From NCBI GenBank assembly GCA_963713855.1, contig OY970209.1, positions 1,056,001-1,120,000 on the forward strand: a stretch of DNA of 64,000 bases, given 5' to 3'. Positions 63,601 through 64,000 of the stretch are shown piece by piece (position 1 is the first letter of the stretch; the number at the start of each line of letters is the position of its first letter). Both the position numbers and the translations under genes were made by a program. This stretch comes from an uncultured bacterium. Its GTDB lineage: Bacteria; Babelota; Babeliae; Babelales; Babelaceae. The notes under the pieces are model-generated. The model searched no databases. It saw only the letters and a program-made list of their open reading frames with translations, and was not told the origin of the DNA.

Positions 63601-63943
63601 TAGGAAAGCCTTGATTAAGCGCTATAGCCGGTGTAGCCATATATAAGCTATTGGGTGAAAATGCTAGCGATATCGGTTGAGCAACTCCTGGAAGAACGTT
63701 AGAAGGAAAACCGGTTAAAGTTCCTTGCGATGTCACCGCGAATGTTGCTATGTTATCTGAGAGGCTATTAGCAGTTGTCAGGGATAAGCCGTTTGGTAAA
63801 AAAGCAAGGCAGGTAGGGCCGACCGGGTTGGAGGGCATCGGAAAATTAGTTCCAACTAACCTACATAGAGCAGAAATTCTGCTATCTGATAACATGAAAA
63901 AAGCAAAAACAAGGAGTACATATTCGATAGTCTTTTTCGTCAT
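60641..63943 (-). CDS. Beta-propeller repeat type-I membrane protein (21 blades)
   Basis: Start MTKKTIEY (RBS GAGG); GSVNFAGKESMETL tail. Confidence 0.92.
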   Translation of the reverse strand: MTKKTIEYVLLVFAFFMLSDSRISALCRLVGTNFPMPSNPVGPTCLAFLPNGLSLTTANSLSDNIATFAVTSQGTLTGFPSNVLPGVAQPISLAFSPNSLYMATPAIALNQGFPNEYGIIVYQVVASGDVTSVGDSYSSLPTGSMKPVGLAYSPNNLYLATANQGSSDVTIFSVGSGGVLSGAVSYALPSGSQSPNSVVFSPNGSYLATANELSNNVTIFTVGAGGALSAATSYSLPSGSTSPKSVVFSPNGSYLATGNGSTNVTIFQVNSGVLSGSVSYALPSGSSCNSVAFSSDGLYLAAATSLNNVVVFNVGAGGVLSTSATYTLPSGSTGSQYVAFSPNNAYLATANYNSNDITLFTVGAGGILTAATSYSLASVSTQPFKVTFSPNSSQLVTANPNVNSITVFGVETDALNSGTLYALPSGSLFPLSVSFSPNGALCATANYNSDDITIFNVNAGVLTTGTSYALPAGNTGPYSLAFSPSGNYLAVANGLSATVTMFSVGVGGALTVVASYTLPGGALDPLSIAFSPTGAYVATANAASNDVSIFAVGAGGTLSSISTYPLPAGSLSPHSVAYSPNGLYLALANLISNDVTLFNVGAGGVLSGAISYPVNTGATNSVSLTFSPDGAYLVTADYGSNDLTTFTVAGGILTNPVTYSFPQGSAYPNSVAYSPTGSYIATADTSGAVTLFACGNFTSTGASYPLPSGSHEPDAVAFSHNGVYLATANYNSSDVSLFITNTTNGVDTISKGSSFSLPSGSSHPSAVAFSIDDTYLAVANSQSNDISLFKVIGQLLTAAQSFALPAGSLGPTAVAFSPNNTYLAVANDNSNDITIFNVVGQTLSGGASYALPAGSTKPVSITFSPNGAYVATANFNSNDVTFFTLTDGVPNGGTSYTLPHGSTAPQSVLFLPSLNSLYLLSANSGSNDITSFTVNGGTLSSGLSYHLPQGNAQPSSIAGSPQNSYIATANSGSSTVVVFNVTNGVIGQGTTYDLPGNSSNCVAIAFSPVLSNNGNIFYGTANKGSDDVSLSTILGTQSGGGSGGSDTPLGLIIGLSLGIPVGLTLIVAAGTLTGYLIYRYTHRQRDGSVNFAGKESMETL

Positions 63944-64000
63944 TCCATACCTCACCACCACCTCTTTGACCGATCGAATTACCTGGAGACTTTCGCGATG

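Noticed and set aside
45679..63943. Periodic ~145-nt DNA repeats as a CRISPR or non-coding array
   Set aside because: Repeats are degenerate at synonymous positions and lie in long ORFs; they are protein blades. No cas genes.
45679..63943. Shufflon or invertase-controlled locus
   Set aside because: No recombinase gene and no short conserved inverted sites found; each full gene has its own start and signal peptide.

Overview
AT-rich (visually about 40% GC) bacterial chromosomal window. Its content suggests a protist-associated intracellular bacterium, most plausibly Candidatus Dependentiae (TM6/Babelota); this is inferred from gene style, not demonstrated. There is a modest housekeeping and stress set: photolyase, ogt, tag, udk, LemA/DUF2207, a DrrAB-like ABC exporter, DoxX, HdeD and an orphan Bet/RecT. 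It is swamped by signal-peptide-bearing putative effectors. Three patterns stand out. (1) An expanded family of type-I membrane beta-propeller proteins (seven near-complete genes plus three relics, mainly at 45.7-64 kb). Blade number is 14 or 21 in six genes and 11 in one frameshifted copy, and all share a Gly-linker/long TM/basic/VN[FY] C-terminal tail. (2) A compositionally distinct operon-like block at 24-32.8 kb encoding an apparently exported RavA/MoxR-like AAA+ ATPase, a transglutaminase-vWA fusion, an FGE-sulfatase-like/LRR protein and a HAD hydrolase. (3) Ten unrelated secreted proteins whose predicted mature chain starts at a shared (A/G/S)-Met-Glu-type motif. I saw no rRNA, tRNA, CRISPR array, transposase or reverse transcriptase. 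All domain, signal-peptide and structure calls were made by eye; no searches were run.
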